Numbered from the stretch's first letter, positions 20,341-32,089 are shown. The stretch is 64,000 nucleotides of DNA from an uncultured bacterium (GCA_963695095.1 CAVOFT010000001.1:2560001-2624000), one strand, 5' to 3'. The notes: a model not told the origin generated them from the sequence alone. A program made the numbers and translations.

Positions 20341-22413
20341 GTGCCCGAGCGCCGCCCGGTCCAGGCCGCGATCAGCGCCTGCCCCCGCAACTGCTACAGC
20401 ACTTGCGGCCTCACCCTGCGCATCGACAGCGGAACGGGCCGGCTGCGGGCGGTCGAGTCCCTGGCCGCCAACCGCGCCACGGCCGAGGGACCCTGCCTCA
20501 AGGGCCTGGCCTACGTCGAGCGCATCCACTCGCCGGACCGCCTGCTCAGCCCCCTGCGCCGCCTGGCCGGCGGGGGATTCGCGCCCATCACCTGGCCGGA
20601 GGCGCTGGACGAACTCAGCGCGCGCCTGGCCGCCGCCCGCGATCGACTGGGCCCGCAGAGCATCCTCTACTATGCGGCCAGCGGCACGAAGGGCCTCCTG
20701 AACGGCGCCGGCCTCGCCTTCTGGCGGCTCTTCGGCGGCGCCACCACCACCTATGGCGACCTCTGCTGGATGCCGGGGCTGGAGGCCGGCCGGCTCACCC
20801 TGGGCGCCAACACCCACAACGCGCCCTGGGATCTGGTCAATGCCCGGCTCATCGTGCTCTGGGGCAAGAACGCCGCCGAGACGAACGTCCACCAGATGGG
20901 CTTCATCGCCACGGCCCGCGAGCGGGGGGCCGAGCTGGTGGTCATCGACCCGCGGCGCACGGAGACCGCCGAGCGGGCGGACCTCTTCCTCCGGCCGCGG
21001 CCGGGCACGGACGGCGCCCTCGCGCTCGCCCTCGCGCATCGCCTCATCGAGCGCGACGCCGTGGACCGGGACTTCATCGCCGCTCACGTGCTCGGCTTCG
21101 AGGCCTTCGCCGCCCGCGCCGCCCTCTGGCCCGTGGAGCGCGCGGCCGCGGTCTGCGCGCTGCCCGCCGCCCAGATCGAGGCCCTGGCCGAGCGCTTCGC
21201 CGCGCGGCGCCCGGCCACCCTGATCGCGGGCTTCGGCCTGCAGCGCTATGCCCACAGCGGCCAGGCGATGCGGGCCCTCATCGCCCTGCCGGCGATCACG
21301 GGCAATCTCGGCCTGCCGGGCGGCGGCTGGCAGTTCGCGAACCTGCAGAGCAGCGTCTTCGGCGTCAAGGATCCGGAGGCCTCCTACCCGCCGCCCGGCG
21401 GCGAGGACGGCCCCCTGCGCGTCAGCGTGGCCACCGCCCGGCTGGGCGCCGACATGCTCGCCCAGCGGGACCCGCCGCTCGCCGTGGCCTGGGTGGAGCG
21501 GGGCAATCCGCTGAACCAGAACCCGGACACGAACGCGGTGCGGGCCGCCTTCCGCGCCCTGGACTTCCGCGTCGTCGTGGACGAGGTGCTCACCGACACG
21601 GCGCGCGAGGCCGATCTCGTGCTGCCGGCCAAGAGCTTCCTCGAGCAGGCGGACCTGATCGGCGCCTACTGGCACCCCTACATCCAGTACCGGCCCCGGC
21701 TGCTCGAGCCGCCGGGCGAGGTGAAGCCCGAGACCTGGATCTACCGGGCCCTGGCCGAACGGCTCGGCCTGCCGCAGGCCGAGGTCGACGCCGCCATCCC
21801 CGCCGAGGCCGACATCGACGCCTGGCTGGAGCGCCGGCTCGCGCCCTTCCCCGGCCTCACGCTGGCGGCGCTCAAGGCCGGGCCCCAGCTCTCGCCCGAC
21901 TTCGCGGAGGTGGCCTTCGCCGACCGCCGCTTCCCCACGCCCTCCGGCCGGGTCGAGCTCTACTCCGAGGAGGCCGCGCGGCGCTGGGGGGTGGATCCCC
22001 TGCCCGACCATGTCGAGGGCCCCGAATGCGCCGCCCAGGCGCCCGCGGCCGCGCGCTATCCGCTCCTGCTGATGACGCCCAACAGCAAGAACCGCATCCA
22101 CTCGCAGTTCGGCAATCTCGCCTTGATCCGCGCCCTCGATCCGGCGCCGCGCCTGCATCTGCATCCCGCCGACGCGGCGGCGCGGGGCATCGCCGAGGGC
22201 GACCGCGCGCGCGTCTTCAACGCGCGGGGCGAGCTGGCGCTGCCGGCCCATCTCGATCCGCGCCTGCTCGCCGGCACCGTGCTCTCGCACAACGGCTGGT
22301 GGCAGTCCGAGGGCGGCGGCGTGAACCTGCTCTCCGCCGGCCGCGAGACGGACCTCGGCCACGGCGCCGCCTTCCACGAGAATCGCGTCGAGGTCGAGAA
22401 GGTGCGGACGTGA
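20341..22413 (+). CDS. Molybdopterin-dependent oxidoreductase catalytic subunit (DMSO reductase superfamily)
   Basis: CPRNCYSTC...CLKG Fe-S motif; VIDPRRTETA, TDTAREADLVLPA, IHSQF, LHPADA motifs; AGGAG RBS before GTG 20341; no Tat signal seen. Confidence 0.9.
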   Translation: MPERRPVQAAISACPRNCYSTCGLTLRIDSGTGRLRAVESLAANRATAEGPCLKGLAYVERIHSPDRLLSPLRRLAGGGFAPITWPEALDELSARLAAARDRLGPQSILYYAASGTKGLLNGAGLAFWRLFGGATTTYGDLCWMPGLEAGRLTLGANTHNAPWDLVNARLIVLWGKNAAETNVHQMGFIATARERGAELVVIDPRRTETAERADLFLRPRPGTDGALALALAHRLIERDAVDRDFIAAHVLGFEAFAARAALWPVERAAAVCALPAAQIEALAERFAARRPATLIAGFGLQRYAHSGQAMRALIALPAITGNLGLPGGGWQFANLQSSVFGVKDPEASYPPPGGEDGPLRVSVATARLGADMLAQRDPPLAVAWVERGNPLNQNPDTNAVRAAFRALDFRVVVDEVLTDTAREADLVLPAKSFLEQADLIGAYWHPYIQYRPRLLEPPGEVKPETWIYRALAERLGLPQAEVDAAIPAEADIDAWLERRLAPFPGLTLAALKAGPQLSPDFAEVAFADRRFPTPSGRVELYSEEAARRWGVDPLPDHVEGPECAAQAPAAARYPLLLMTPNSKNRIHSQFGNLALIRALDPAPRLHLHPADAAARGIAEGDRARVFNARGELALPAHLDPRLLAGTVLSHNGWWQSEGGGVNLLSAGRETDLGHGAAFHENRVEVEKVRT

Positions 22414-23793
22414 ACGCGAGCGCGCGGCCACCGGCTGCCGCCGATACCGGCTTTCGCCTCGACCTCAATCGCTGCACGGGCTGCCAGGCCTGCGTGCTCG
22501 CCTGCATCATCGAGAACGAGCTGCCGGTGGACGGCGCCTGGCGCCGGGTCGAGGACTTCAACCCGGCCGGCCTCCCCCACGCGCCGAGCTTCCACCTCTC
22601 GCTGGCCTGCAGCCACTGCGAGGAGTCGCCCTGCGCCACGGCCTGCCCGACGAACGCCTATCGCCGCGACGCGGCCACCGGCGCGCTGCTGATCAATGCC
22701 GAGGCCTGCATCGGCTGCCGCTACTGCAGCTGGGCCTGCCCCTTCGATGCGCCGCGCTTCGACGCGCGCTCGCGCACGATGGGCAAGTGCACGCTCTGCG
22801 CCCCGCGCCTGGCCGAGGGCCGGCGCCCGGCCTGCGTGGAGTGCTGCCCGACCGGGGCGCTGGGCGCCGGGTCCCGGGTCGAGATCGCGGCCGGAGGCGC
22901 CGTGGCCGCGCTCGCCGGCTTCCCGCCCTCGGCGGCGGAGCCCCGCCTGCGCCTCGTCCCCCTCTTGCCAGGCGCGATGGGCCCGGCCGGCGATCTCGAA
23001 GCGCCCCCCGGCGGTCCCTTCGCGGCGCCGCCAGGCCCGCCCGAGGACGGCGGCCGCCGCCTGCGCCTGCGCGACGAGTGGCCGTTGCTCCTCTTCACCT
23101 GGGCGGCGCCCTTCCTGGTGGCCCTGAAGCTGGACACCCTGCCTTCCTGCCGGCTGGACCGCCCCTGGCCCATCCTCCTCGGCGGCCTCCTGGCGATGGG
23201 CCTGAGCGCGGCCCATCTGGGCCGGCCCCTGCGCGCCTGGCGGGCGCTGGCCGGCATCCGGCACTCCTGGCTCAGCCGCGAGATCGCCGCCTTCGCGCTC
23301 TTCGTCGCGCTGGCCGGCGCCCTGCCGCTGGCCTTCCTCCCCGAGGCGCCTTTCGCCTTCGGCCTGGCGGCGGGCCTGGCGGGCCTGGCCGCGCTCTACG
23401 CGATGGATCGCCTCTACGAGGTGGCGCTGCCGCGCCGCGGCCTGGCTCGGGCTGCACGGAGCGGAGGCCCTGCTCACGACGCTCCTGTACGCCGTCGCGC
23501 TCCGCGAATGGCGCTGGGCCCTGCTCGGGATGCTCGGGTTCAAGCTGCTGCTCTGGCTGGCGCGCCGGCCCGGGGAGGCGCGGCCCTTCGCGCCGCTCGC
23601 GCTCCTGCGGCCGCTCGCCGGCATCGCCGCGCCCGCGGCGATCCTGCTCGCGGGCGCGTCGCCGCGGGCGGCCGCCGTGCTGGCGCTCGTGGCCGCCGGC
23701 GAGTTGCTCGATCGGGCCGACTTCTACCGCAGCCTGCGCCTGCCCTCGCCGCGGCGCGAACTCGATCGCGCGCTGGCGGCGATCCAGCGCTAG
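22410..23793 (+). CDS. 4Fe-4S dicluster protein fused to a DmsC-like membrane anchor; frameshift near 23445
   Basis: CTGCQAC, CSHCEESPC...CP, CIGCRYCSWACP, KCTLC; then EWPLLLFT, HLGRPLRAW, SWLSRE; the end lies in the 23530..23793 frame. Confidence 0.85.
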
Positions 23794-23824
23794 GGCGAGC
23801 GCCAGGCGGAGCGGACGCGGCGCC

Positions 23825-25276
23825 CTACTCGCCGCGCAGGGCCTCGACGGCATCCACGCGGGCGGCGCGCGCGGCCGGCAGCAGGCCGGCGAGCAGGCTG
23901 ACGAGGAGGCCGAAGGCCAGCGCGCCGCCGACCAGCCAGAGCGGCGTGGCGAAGAGCTCCATCGCGGGCAGCCCTTGCCTGACCATCACGAGCTTGGCCA
24001 CGGCGGAGGCCGCGCGCGCCACCAGCCAGCCGAGCAGCACGCCGCCGAGGCCGCCGGCCAGTCCCATCAGCGCCGACTCGGCGAGGAAGAGCCCGCGGAT
24101 CTCGCGCTCGTCGGCGCCCAGGGCCTTGAGCACGCCGATCTCGCGCCGCCTTTCGCTGATGGCCATCAGCAGCGTGTTGACGATGCCCAGGGCCGCCGTG
24201 GCGAGGGCCACGAGCCCGATGGCCGCCAGGCCGAGATCGAAGAGCACGAAGGCGCGGCGGATCTCGTCGAGCTGCTCGGCGAAGCTGAAGACGCGATAGC
24301 CCAGGGCGCGCAGGCTGTCGCGCAGCGCCGGGTAGGAGGCCGTGGGTTCGAGGTCGATCGTGACCTGGGGGTAGCTGCTTGCGCTCGTCGGCCCCTCGGC
24401 GAAGAGGCTGCCGTCCTGCAGCGCGCCGAGGAGGGCCACCGGATCGGCCGGCGGCCCGGCGGCGCTGAGTCGCTGGGCGTCCGCGGGGCTGAGGATCAGC
24501 GGCTTCACGTGGAGGCGGCCGGCGCGCGGCTCCTCGATTACACCTCGAACGATGAGGGTGTCCCGCAGAACGCGGCCCTCCATGTAGCCGCCGAGGAAGC
24601 GGCCGGCGGCCTCCCCCAGCTCGCGGCGCAGCAAGCGCCGGCGGGCGCCGGCATCGCGCAGGCTGTCCGGGGGCATGCGCGCAGCGAGATCGGCCAGGCC
24701 CGCTGCCGCCGGCAAGAGCGCGCGGGCGAGGCCGCTGTCCAGGCTGGCGACGGCGAGGCTCACGAAGAGGCTGTCGCCCACGAGGCCGGCCGCCTCGTTC
24801 AGGGGAATGCCCAGCGCCGCGAGCGCCGCATCCGTGACGAGGACTTCGCCGGGAGCGCCGCGGAGGCGCTCGCCCGCGCGCAGCTGGGAGAAGAGCCTGG
24901 TTTCGAGCGCGGCGGCGGTGAGGGCCTGGGCCTCGAGCGTGAAGCGCTTGCCGCCCCGCTCGAGTTCGAGGCTCAGCGCGTCGAGGGGATAGGCGAGCCT
25001 CACGCCGGGCAGGGCCGCCAGGCGAGCGACGGCCGCCGCGTCCAGGGGCGGCGCCTGCAGGCTGTCGCCGGCGGCACTGGGCGTCACCTGCACCGTGTTG
25101 AGAAGGCCCAGGCGCTCGGCCTGGCCGGCGATCAGGCGGTGGTTGCCGGCGCCGAAGGAGACCATCGCCACCATGGCGCCCACGGCGATGACGACGCCGG
25201 CCACGGTGAGCCCGGCGCGCAGCTTGAGGCGGTGCAGGTTGCCCGCGGCCATGCCCAGCGCATCGCGGAGGGTCAT
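23825..25276 (-). CDS. ABC transporter permease (MacB/FtsX family)
   Basis: [14 protein letters not shown] and [15 protein letters not shown] motifs. Confidence 0.9.
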   Translation of the reverse strand: MTLRDALGMAAGNLHRLKLRAGLTVAGVVIAVGAMVAMVSFGAGNHRLIAGQAERLGLLNTVQVTPSAAGDSLQAPPLDAAAVARLAALPGVRLAYPLDALSLELERGGKRFTLEAQALTAAALETRLFSQLRAGERLRGAPGEVLVTDAALAALGIPLNEAAGLVGDSLFVSLAVASLDSGLARALLPAAAGLADLAARMPPDSLRDAGARRRLLRRELGEAAGRFLGGYMEGRVLRDTLIVRGVIEEPRAGRLHVKPLILSPADAQRLSAAGPPADPVALLGALQDGSLFAEGPTSASSYPQVTIDLEPTASYPALRDSLRALGYRVFSFAEQLDEIRRAFVLFDLGLAAIGLVALATAALGIVNTLLMAISERRREIGVLKALGADEREIRGLFLAESALMGLAGGLGGVLLGWLVARAASAVAKLVMVRQGLPAMELFATPLWLVGGALAFGLLVSLLAGLLPAARAARVDAVEALRGE

Positions 25277-25982
25277 GGCGCCGCACCCGGCGCCGGCGTC
25301 CAGCTCTCGGCCACGCGGCCGTAGTCCAGGCGCAGGATGCGCTCGCGCCAGGCGCTCGGCCAGTGCCGCGATCGTGCGTGACGAGCACCAGCGCCTGCCC
25401 GCCCGCCGCCAGTTCGCCGAGCAAGCGGGCGAGCTGCTCGCTGTTGTCGCGGTCCAGGTTGCCCGTGGGCTCGTCCGCGAAGAGGATCTCCGGCCGCTTG
25501 ACGAGGGCCCGCGCCACGGCCACGCGCTGCTGTTCGCCGCCCGAGAGGTCGGCCGGCCGGTGATCGAGCCGGTCGCCCAGGCCCAGGCGCTCGAGCATGG
25601 CCCCCGCCGCCGCTCGCCGCGCCCGCGGCGTCTCGCGGCGCCAGAGCAGGGCGAGCGCCACGTTCTCGAGGGCCGTGTACTGGGGCAGCAGGTTGAAGGA
25701 CTGGAAGATCATCCCCACGCGCTCGGCGCGGTAGGCGGCCAGCTCGCCGCGCGAGAGCCCGTCCAGGCGGCGACCCTCGAGGAGGATCTCGCCGCCGCTG
25801 GGCGTGTCGAGCCCCGCGAGCAGGTTGAGCAGGGTGGACTTGCCCGAGCCCGAGGCGCCGAGCACGGCGAGGAACTCGCCGCGGCCGAGAGCCAGGCTGA
25901 CGCCGTCCAGGGCGCGCACGGTCTGCGGACCGCGCCGGTAGTGGCGGGCGAGATCGCGGGTGGCGAGCAGGGCGGCGCTCAT
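25273..25982 (-). CDS. ABC transporter ATP-binding protein (LolD/MacB-like); apparent frameshift near 25365
   Basis: [30 protein letters not shown]. Confidence 0.9.
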
Positions 25983-26164
25983 CGGCTCGGCGTCTCCCCT
26001 TCGGGGGGCGGCGCGGGCTTGTCGCCGCGGCGCTCGGCCACCGCCCGCTGCAGGAGGAACTCGATCTGGGCATTGACGCTGCGCAGCTCGTCGCCGGCCC
26101 AGCGCTGGAGCTCCTCCCACAGCGGCTCGGGGATGCGCAAGAGGAAGTTCTTGCGGGTGGCCAC
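25979..26164 (-). CDS. Arc-like ribbon-helix-helix DNA-binding protein
   Basis: RKNFLLRI...LQRWAGDELRSVNAQIEFLL, the family typically found after SPFH genes. Confidence 0.85.
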   Translation of the reverse strand: MATRKNFLLRIPEPLWEELQRWAGDELRSVNAQIEFLLQRAVAERRGDKPAPPPEGETPSR

Positions 26165-26171
26165 GGCGCTC

Positions 26172-27050
26172 CTAGCGGTACAGGGTGCCGGCGTTGATCA
26201 CGGGCGAAGCCGCGCTCTCGCTGCAGAGCACCACCAGCAGGTTGCTCACCATGGTGGCCTTGCGCTCCTCGTCCAGCTCGACGATGTGCCGCGCGCTGAG
26301 CCGCTCCAGGGCCATCTGGACCATGCTCACGGCGCCCTCGACGATCTGGCTGCGCGCCGCCACGATGGCCGTCGCCTGCTGGCGGCGCAGCATGGCCTCG
26401 GCGATCTCCGGCGCATAGGCGAGGTGGCTGATGCGCGCCTCGATCACCTTGATTCCCGCGCGGCTGAAGCGCTCGCTGAGCTCGCGCTCCAGCACCTCGG
26501 AGACCTCGTCCTTGCCGCCGCGCAGGGTGAGCCCCTGGTCGTCGTCCTCGTTGAAGGTGTCGTAGGGATAGGCGCCCGCCATGTGCCGCACTGCGGCCTC
26601 GCTCTGCACGACCACGTAGTGATCGTAGTCGTCCACCTCGAAGCAGGCCTTGAAGGTGTCGGCCACCTGCCAGACCACGACGGCGGCGATCTCGATGGGA
26701 TTGCCGCCGGCGTCGTTCACCTTGATGCGCTCGCCGTTGAGGTTGCGGGCGCGCAGGGTGATCTTGCGCTTGCTGAAGAAGGGGTTGGCCCAGAAGAAGC
26801 CGTTCCTCTTGACCGTGCCCTTGTAGGTGCCGAAGAGCACGAGCACGCGGGCGTCGTTGGGGTTGACGACGAAGAAGCCGACCATGGTCAGCAGGGCCAG
26901 GATCAGGAGCGGAAAGAAGAAGACGAGCGGCAGCGGGTGATGCGCGCTGATGGCGTTCACCAGGCTCCAGGCCGCCGCGCCGAGGAGCGCGAACAGGACG
27001 ATCAGCATGGGATACCCGGAAAGGGCGCCCCGGGAACGTTCGACGGTCAT
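26172..27050 (-). CDS. SPFH/band 7 domain membrane protein
   Basis: [38 protein letters not shown]...INAGTLY. Confidence 0.92.
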   Translation of the reverse strand: MTVERSRGALSGYPMLIVLFALLGAAAWSLVNAISAHHPLPLVFFFPLLILALLTMVGFFVVNPNDARVLVLFGTYKGTVKRNGFFWANPFFSKRKITLRARNLNGERIKVNDAGGNPIEIAAVVVWQVADTFKACFEVDDYDHYVVVQSEAAVRHMAGAYPYDTFNEDDDQGLTLRGGKDEVSEVLERELSERFSRAGIKVIEARISHLAYAPEIAEAMLRRQQATAIVAARSQIVEGAVSMVQMALERLSARHIVELDEERKATMVSNLLVVLCSESAASPVINAGTLYR

Positions 27051-27097
27051 CGATGCCTCCTGGCTGGGGTGGCTCGGCGCGCTTGATCGACCGAGAC

Positions 27098-27132
27098 GAT
27101 AGCAGTATGATATCACTTCGATATGATGTCAA
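27098..27132 (-). promoter_or_regulatory. Sigma70 promoter of the SPFH-Arc operon with TGATATCA-like operator boxes
   Basis: TTGACA(27132-27127)-N17-CATACT(27109-27104); boxes TGATGTCA, TGATATCA and GATAGCA overlap it. Confidence 0.7.
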
Positions 27133-27164
27133 GCCCCCAGAAGCGGCGGCAGGCGCTGGGCGAT

Positions 27165-27981
27165 CTAGCGGGGATCGGCCGGCGGCTCGAACTCGACGGC
27201 GTAGAGGGTGGGCCAGAGCTTGCCCGTGAGGAAGAAGCGCTCGCCGGCCGCGTCGTAGGCGATGCCGTTGAGCACGGCGCCCGGCGCGATTCCGGGCGGC
27301 CGCAGGGCGCGGCAGTCGATCCAGGCCTCCACCCGCCCGGTTGCCGGGTCGATGCGGGCGATGCGACTGGTCGGCAGCACGTTGGCGTAGAGCATCCCGC
27401 CGGCGAACTCCAGCTCGTTCAGCATGCCGACGGGCGCGGCGCCGTCGCGCACCTCCAGCCGGCCGCGCTCGGCGAAGGTCTCGGGGTCGAGCCAGCGCAG
27501 GGTGGCGCTGCCGTCGCTCATGGCCAGGCGGTCCCCGGCCGCATCGTAGGCCAGCCCCCAGCCCTCGCCGGGGTAGCCGAAGCTGTCCACCTGCTCCAGG
27601 CTGGCGCGCTCGTAGACGAAGCCGATGTTCGAGGTCCAGGTGAGCTGCGACGAGGCGGTCGCCCCCGCCCTCGTCCGCGGGAAGGAGGGCCAGGCCCTCG
27701 CCGAAATAGGCCTCGTCCAGGGCCAGCCCGTCCAGGACGGCGCCCGTGGCCAGCTCCACCCGGCGGAGCGAGGAGCGGCCATTGAGCCCCGTGCTTTCGT
27801 AGAGCTCGCCCTCGGCATACACGAGGCCCTGCGTAAAGGCCGCCGGGTCATGGGGATAGCTGGCCAGCACCCGGGGCGTCCAGACCGCGGCCCCCGCACC
27901 CTCCAGCGCTTCCTCGGAGCAGGAAATGCCGGGCAGGGCGAGGAGGAGGGCGAGCAGGCGCAGCTGGCGGCTGAGGTCCAT
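27165..27981 (-). CDS. Glutaminyl-peptide cyclotransferase (lipoprotein); frameshift near 27650
   Basis: YPHDPAAFTQGL, ESTGLNG, FGEGL, QLTW, EGWGL, LNELE, VLNGIAYD, TGKLWP. Confidence 0.92.
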
Positions 27982-28358
27982 CGGCGCTGAGTTCCTCCGG
28001 TTCCGCCGGCCGCCCGGGGGCTCGCCTGGCGATTGCCCGATTACTATAGAGCCTTCGCCCGTCCAGGGCCAGCCCCACCGGCTCCCGGCCGGGGCGGCGC
28101 GGGGGCGGAGGATCCATCCAGATTTCCCTAGATTGCAGGCAGAAGTGGATGATATACTCTGTTTCAAGGCTCATCATCGAGGATTGAATCACCTTGACGA
28201 GCCGCTGCGGTCGCGCGATGCGGCGGTGGCATTCCCGGGGATCAGGAGTGACCGGGAGGGCAGGGCGGGACGAGAGCGATGGCGCCGGATGTCCCCTTGC
28301 TCGGATGGGCGCTCCCCCTCTAGCTGACTCACAACGGCATCACATCCAGGAGGATTCC

Positions 28359-28916
28359 ATGAGACTCGCTACTTTGATCATCGTCGGTTTGCTGCTCATC
28401 GCCACGAGCGCGCTGGCTGAGAAGGCTCCCTACGATTACGGCACCGACAACGGCCTCGTCGAGCGCCAGGGCGGCGACACCGTCGCCACCGCCACGGCGA
28501 TCACGGTGCTGCCCTTCTCGGGCGCCGGCACCACCGTTGGCTACACCAACAACTACGACGCCGTTTGCCCCTACACCGGCTCCACGTCGCCCGACGTCGT
28601 GTACTCGCTGGTGCCCTGCATGGACGGCGCCCTGGACATCACCCTCTGCGCGGGCTCGCTGTATGACACCAAGCTGTACGTCCTGGACGCGGCCCTGACC
28701 GTCATCGCCTGCAACGACGACCTCTGCCCGGGCTATGTCTCCGAGCTGACGGCCGCCAACGGCGAAGCGGTTCCCGTGACCGCCGGCGCGACCTACTACA
28801 TCGTGGTCGATGGCTACTTCGGTGCCAGCGGCAGCTACACGATCGACGTCACCGGCATGGACTGCACGACGGCTGTCGAGCAGAACAGCTTCAGCACCGT
28901 CAAGAGCCTGTTCTAG
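28359..28916 (+). CDS. Secreted Cys-containing beta-sandwich (PPC-like) protein with C-terminal SFSTVKSLF tail
   Basis: Signal peptide; CPYTGSTSPDVVY, YDTKLYV, ACNDD, YYIVVDG; AGGAGG RBS. Confidence 0.75.
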   Translation: MRLATLIIVGLLLIATSALAEKAPYDYGTDNGLVERQGGDTVATATAITVLPFSGAGTTVGYTNNYDAVCPYTGSTSPDVVYSLVPCMDGALDITLCAGSLYDTKLYVLDAALTVIACNDDLCPGYVSELTAANGEAVPVTAGATYYIVVDGYFGASGSYTIDVTGMDCTTAVEQNSFSTVKSLF

Positions 28917-28944
28917 GCCCAGCGACGCTGCAAGGTCTCCGGTT

Positions 28945-28972
28945 ACCCCGCCTCCTCGGAGGCGGGGTTTTC
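28945..28972 (+). terminator. Intrinsic terminator
   Basis: ACCCCGCCTC-ctcg-GAGGCGGGGT followed by T-rich tail, between convergent genes. Confidence 0.8.
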
Positions 28973-28995
28973 CTTTGTCCCGGATCGCCCCGCGG

Positions 28996-30161
28996 CTAGC
29001 TGCGCAGGGCCTCGGCGATCACGCGGCGGGCGGCGCTGCGGGCGGGAAACCAGCCGCCGACGAGGCCCAGCAGCGAGCGCGGCCAGCATTCCCGTCATCA
29101 GGATGCCGGGCGTGATCCGGAAGCGGAAGGCCACCTCGCTGAAGCTCGACCAGTTGGTGGTGCCGGTCGAGACGCCGTGGATGGGCAGGGCGAGCAGGCA
29201 GCCCAGCAGGCCGCCGACGAGCGCGATCAGCACCGACTCGAAGACGAAGCTGGCCATGACCTGCCGCGGCTGGAAGCCCAGCGCGAGCAGGGTGCCGATC
29301 TCGCGCGCGCGGGCGCCGACGGCGGCGTACATGGTGTTCAGGGCGCCGAAGATGGCGCCGGAGGCCATCACGACGACGAGGAAGTAGCCGAGCCCGCGCA
29401 GGAGCTGTGCGAGTTGCTGGGATTGGGCGGCGTAGAACTCGGACTCCCGCCGCAGATCCACGCGCAGCCGGGGGTCGGCCTCCAGGCGCTGCTTGACGGC
29501 GGCGAAGCGGCTGGGGTCGGCCATGCGCAAGGTGACCGAGGAGTAGCCGTCGCGGTCGAAGACCGGCATCAGCAGCTCCGCGTCACCCCAGATCTCGGAC
29601 TCGAAGGCGCTGCCCGCTGCCGCGAAGACGCCCACCACCCGCCAGTCGCGCGAGCCCAGGCGCAGGCTCTCCCCCAGCCCCGCGCCGCGGAAGCGCGCCG
29701 CGGCCCCGATGCCGACCACCACCTCGTCCAGTCCCGGCGCGAAGAAGCGCCCGGCCACCAGGCGCAGCTCCGGCCTGCAGCGCCAGCACGCGCGGCTCGA
29801 CGCCGCGCACGGTGACGTTGGTGGTCGTCGCGCCGCCGCGCCGGGCGAGGGTCGTGAGCACCACGGTCTCGGCGCTGGCCAGCGGCCGGCCGTCGCCGAG
29901 CCGCGCCACCGCTTCATCGGCAAGCAGAATGCGCGCCGCGTCGCGCTCGATGCCCGACTCGATCTCGCTGGTCGCCCCCGTGCGCAGGACATGCAAGTTG
30001 TCCGGACGGCCGGTGCCGACCAGGGTCTGCTGGAAACCGTTGGCGAGGGCGAGGGTCAGCACGAGCACGGCGACGACGAGGGCGATGCCGCCGGCCGTCA
30101 TCAGCGTGGCGGCCTTGCGCACGCGCAGGTTGCGCAGGTTATAGGCCAGAGGGATCGCCAT
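28996..30161 (-). CDS. ABC transporter permease; apparent frameshifts near 29775 and 29075
   Basis: MAIPLAYNLRNL, FESEIWGD, RAREIGTLLALGF, FPARSAAR..IAEALRS* across frames. Confidence 0.85.
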
Positions 30162-30177
30162 GCCCGCTCCTTTCGCC

Positions 30178-31326
30178 TCAGCCCGCATGCCGCAGGGCGT
30201 CGGTGATGCGCAGGCGCGCCGCGTTGAGGGCGGGGATGGCGCCGCTGATGAGGCCGAGGAAGGCGGCGATCCCCAGCGCTCGCGCCATCGTGCCTCCAGT
30301 GACGACGAAGCGCGGGAAGAAGCCGCCGGCCGTGAAGTCGCTGGCCGCGAAGACGAGGCGCGCGAGCCCGGCCCCCAGCACGCCGCCCGTGAGGCCCAGC
30401 AGCATCGACTCGGCGAGCACGAGGCCGAGCACCGTGCGATCCGTGAAGCCGATCGCCTTGAGGATGGCGATCTCCCGCGTCCGCTCGCGCGCGGCCATCA
30501 TCATCGTGTTCATCGAGACGAGCAGGATGGCGATGACGATGGCAGTGCCGATCGCGTAGATCACCATGCGGATGTTGCCGAGCATGGTGATGAAGCCGAG
30601 CTGGAAGGCCTTCTCGGTCTCGGTCTTGGTCTCCGCCGGGCTGTTGGCGAAGCTGAGGTCGATGGCTTGCCCCACCTCGCCGGCCCGCTCCGGATCGTCG
30701 ATGAGCACCGTATAGACTCCGACCAGTCCGGGATTGCCCATGCGCTCGTTCAGGTAGTCCCAGGAAAACAGCATCCAGTTTGTGTCCAGGTCCGGCGAGG
30801 TGCTGCGCGCGATGCCGCGCACGGTGAAGTCCCAGCGCCCGGGGAAGATGGTGCCGCGCAGCGTGATCTGCTGGCCGACGGCGAAACCGAAGCGCTCGGC
30901 CAGCTTGGCGCCGACGATGCAGGCCGTGCGCTCGCGCTCGAGCACGTCCCGCGCCTCGGGCGGCGACACGGCGTACTCGGGGTACATCGGCATGTAGCTG
31001 CGGGGATCGACGGCGAACTGGGCGAAGAAGTTGCGCTCGTCGACATAGACGCCGCCGAACCAGTTCGACCAGGTCACGGCGCGGACGCCCGGCACCTGCG
31101 TCAAGCGATCGCGGTAGGCGAGCGGCAGCGGAAAGATCAGCGAGGTGCTCCGCCGCACGATGAGGCGCGTGGCGCCGGCGCTCTGCAGCGAGGCGTCGAA
31201 GGAGGTGAGCACCGTGCGCAGGGTGGCGAAGAGGAAGAGCGAGACCACGATCGACAGCACGGTGAGCACCGTGCGCCGCTTGCTGCGCAGGAGGCTGCGC
31301 AGCACGAAGGGCAGGAAGCGCATCAT
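30178..31326 (-). CDS. ABC transporter permease (FtsX family)
   Basis: [20 protein letters not shown]. Confidence 0.9.
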   Translation of the reverse strand: MMRFLPFVLRSLLRSKRRTVLTVLSIVVSLFLFATLRTVLTSFDASLQSAGATRLIVRRSTSLIFPLPLAYRDRLTQVPGVRAVTWSNWFGGVYVDERNFFAQFAVDPRSYMPMYPEYAVSPPEARDVLERERTACIVGAKLAERFGFAVGQQITLRGTIFPGRWDFTVRGIARSTSPDLDTNWMLFSWDYLNERMGNPGLVGVYTVLIDDPERAGEVGQAIDLSFANSPAETKTETEKAFQLGFITMLGNIRMVIYAIGTAIVIAILLVSMNTMMMAARERTREIAILKAIGFTDRTVLGLVLAESMLLGLTGGVLGAGLARLVFAASDFTAGGFFPRFVVTGGTMARALGIAAFLGLISGAIPALNAARLRITDALRHAG

Positions 31327-31339
31327 GGCGAATCGCCCA

Positions 31340-32089
31340 TCAGCCGCGCGGCTCCGCGCGACGAACGGACTCGACCAGCACGCCCTTGTCCAGGTGCAGG
31401 ATGCGATCGGCGCGCTCGGCGGCGCGCGGGTCGTGGGTGACCATGACGATGGTCATCCCCGATTCCAGGTGCAGGCGCTGGAGCAGCGAGAGCACGGCCT
31501 CGGCGCTCACGGCGTCGAGGTCGCCGGTGGGCTCGTCGGCGACGAGCAGGGTGGGGTCGGTGATGATCGCCCGCGCGATCGCCACGCGCTGCTCCTGGCC
31601 GCCCGAGAGCTGGCGCGGGTAGTGGTCGACGCGGTCGGAAAGGCCCACCACCGCCAGCGCGGCCAGCACGTGCTCGCGGCGGCGCCGGCGATCGAGCCCC
31701 GTGAGCAGGAGCGGCAGCTCCACGTTCTGGAAGGCGGTGAGCACCGGGATCAGGTTGTAGGACTGGAAGATGAAGCCCACGTGGCGCGCGCGGTAGGCGG
31801 CCAGCTCCGCGCCCGTGAGCGCGCCCAGCTCGATGCCGGTCACCTCGACGCTGCCCGCCGTCGGCACATCGATGCCGCTGATCAGATTGAGGATCGTCGA
31901 CTTGCCCGAGCCCGAGGGGCCCATCAGGGCGAGGAACTCGCCGCGCGCAATGTCCAGATCGAGAGCGGCCAGTACCGGCACCTCGAACTCGTCGCGCCGG
32001 TAGACCTTGGTCACGCCGGCGAGGCGGATGATCGGCCCCTCGCCCGGCGCCGCGGGGCCCAGGCCGCTATCCAGTCCTTGCTCGCTCAT
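31340..32089 (-). CDS. ABC transporter ATP-binding protein
   Basis: [26 protein letters not shown]. Confidence 0.93.
   Translation of the reverse strand: MSEQGLDSGLGPAAPGEGPIIRLAGVTKVYRRDEFEVPVLAALDLDIARGEFLALMGPSGSGKSTILNLISGIDVPTAGSVEVTGIELGALTGAELAAYRARHVGFIFQSYNLIPVLTAFQNVELPLLLTGLDRRRRREHVLAALAVVGLSDRVDHYPRQLSGGQEQRVAIARAIITDPTLLVADEPTGDLDAVSAEAVLSLLQRLHLESGMTIVMVTHDPRAAERADRILHLDKGVLVESVRRAEPRG

Noticed and set aside
19680..24299. 1539-aa ORF as a giant Fe-S fusion
   Set aside because: Only ~22410-23445 is real coding sequence (DmsB/C); the rest overlaps other genes out of frame.
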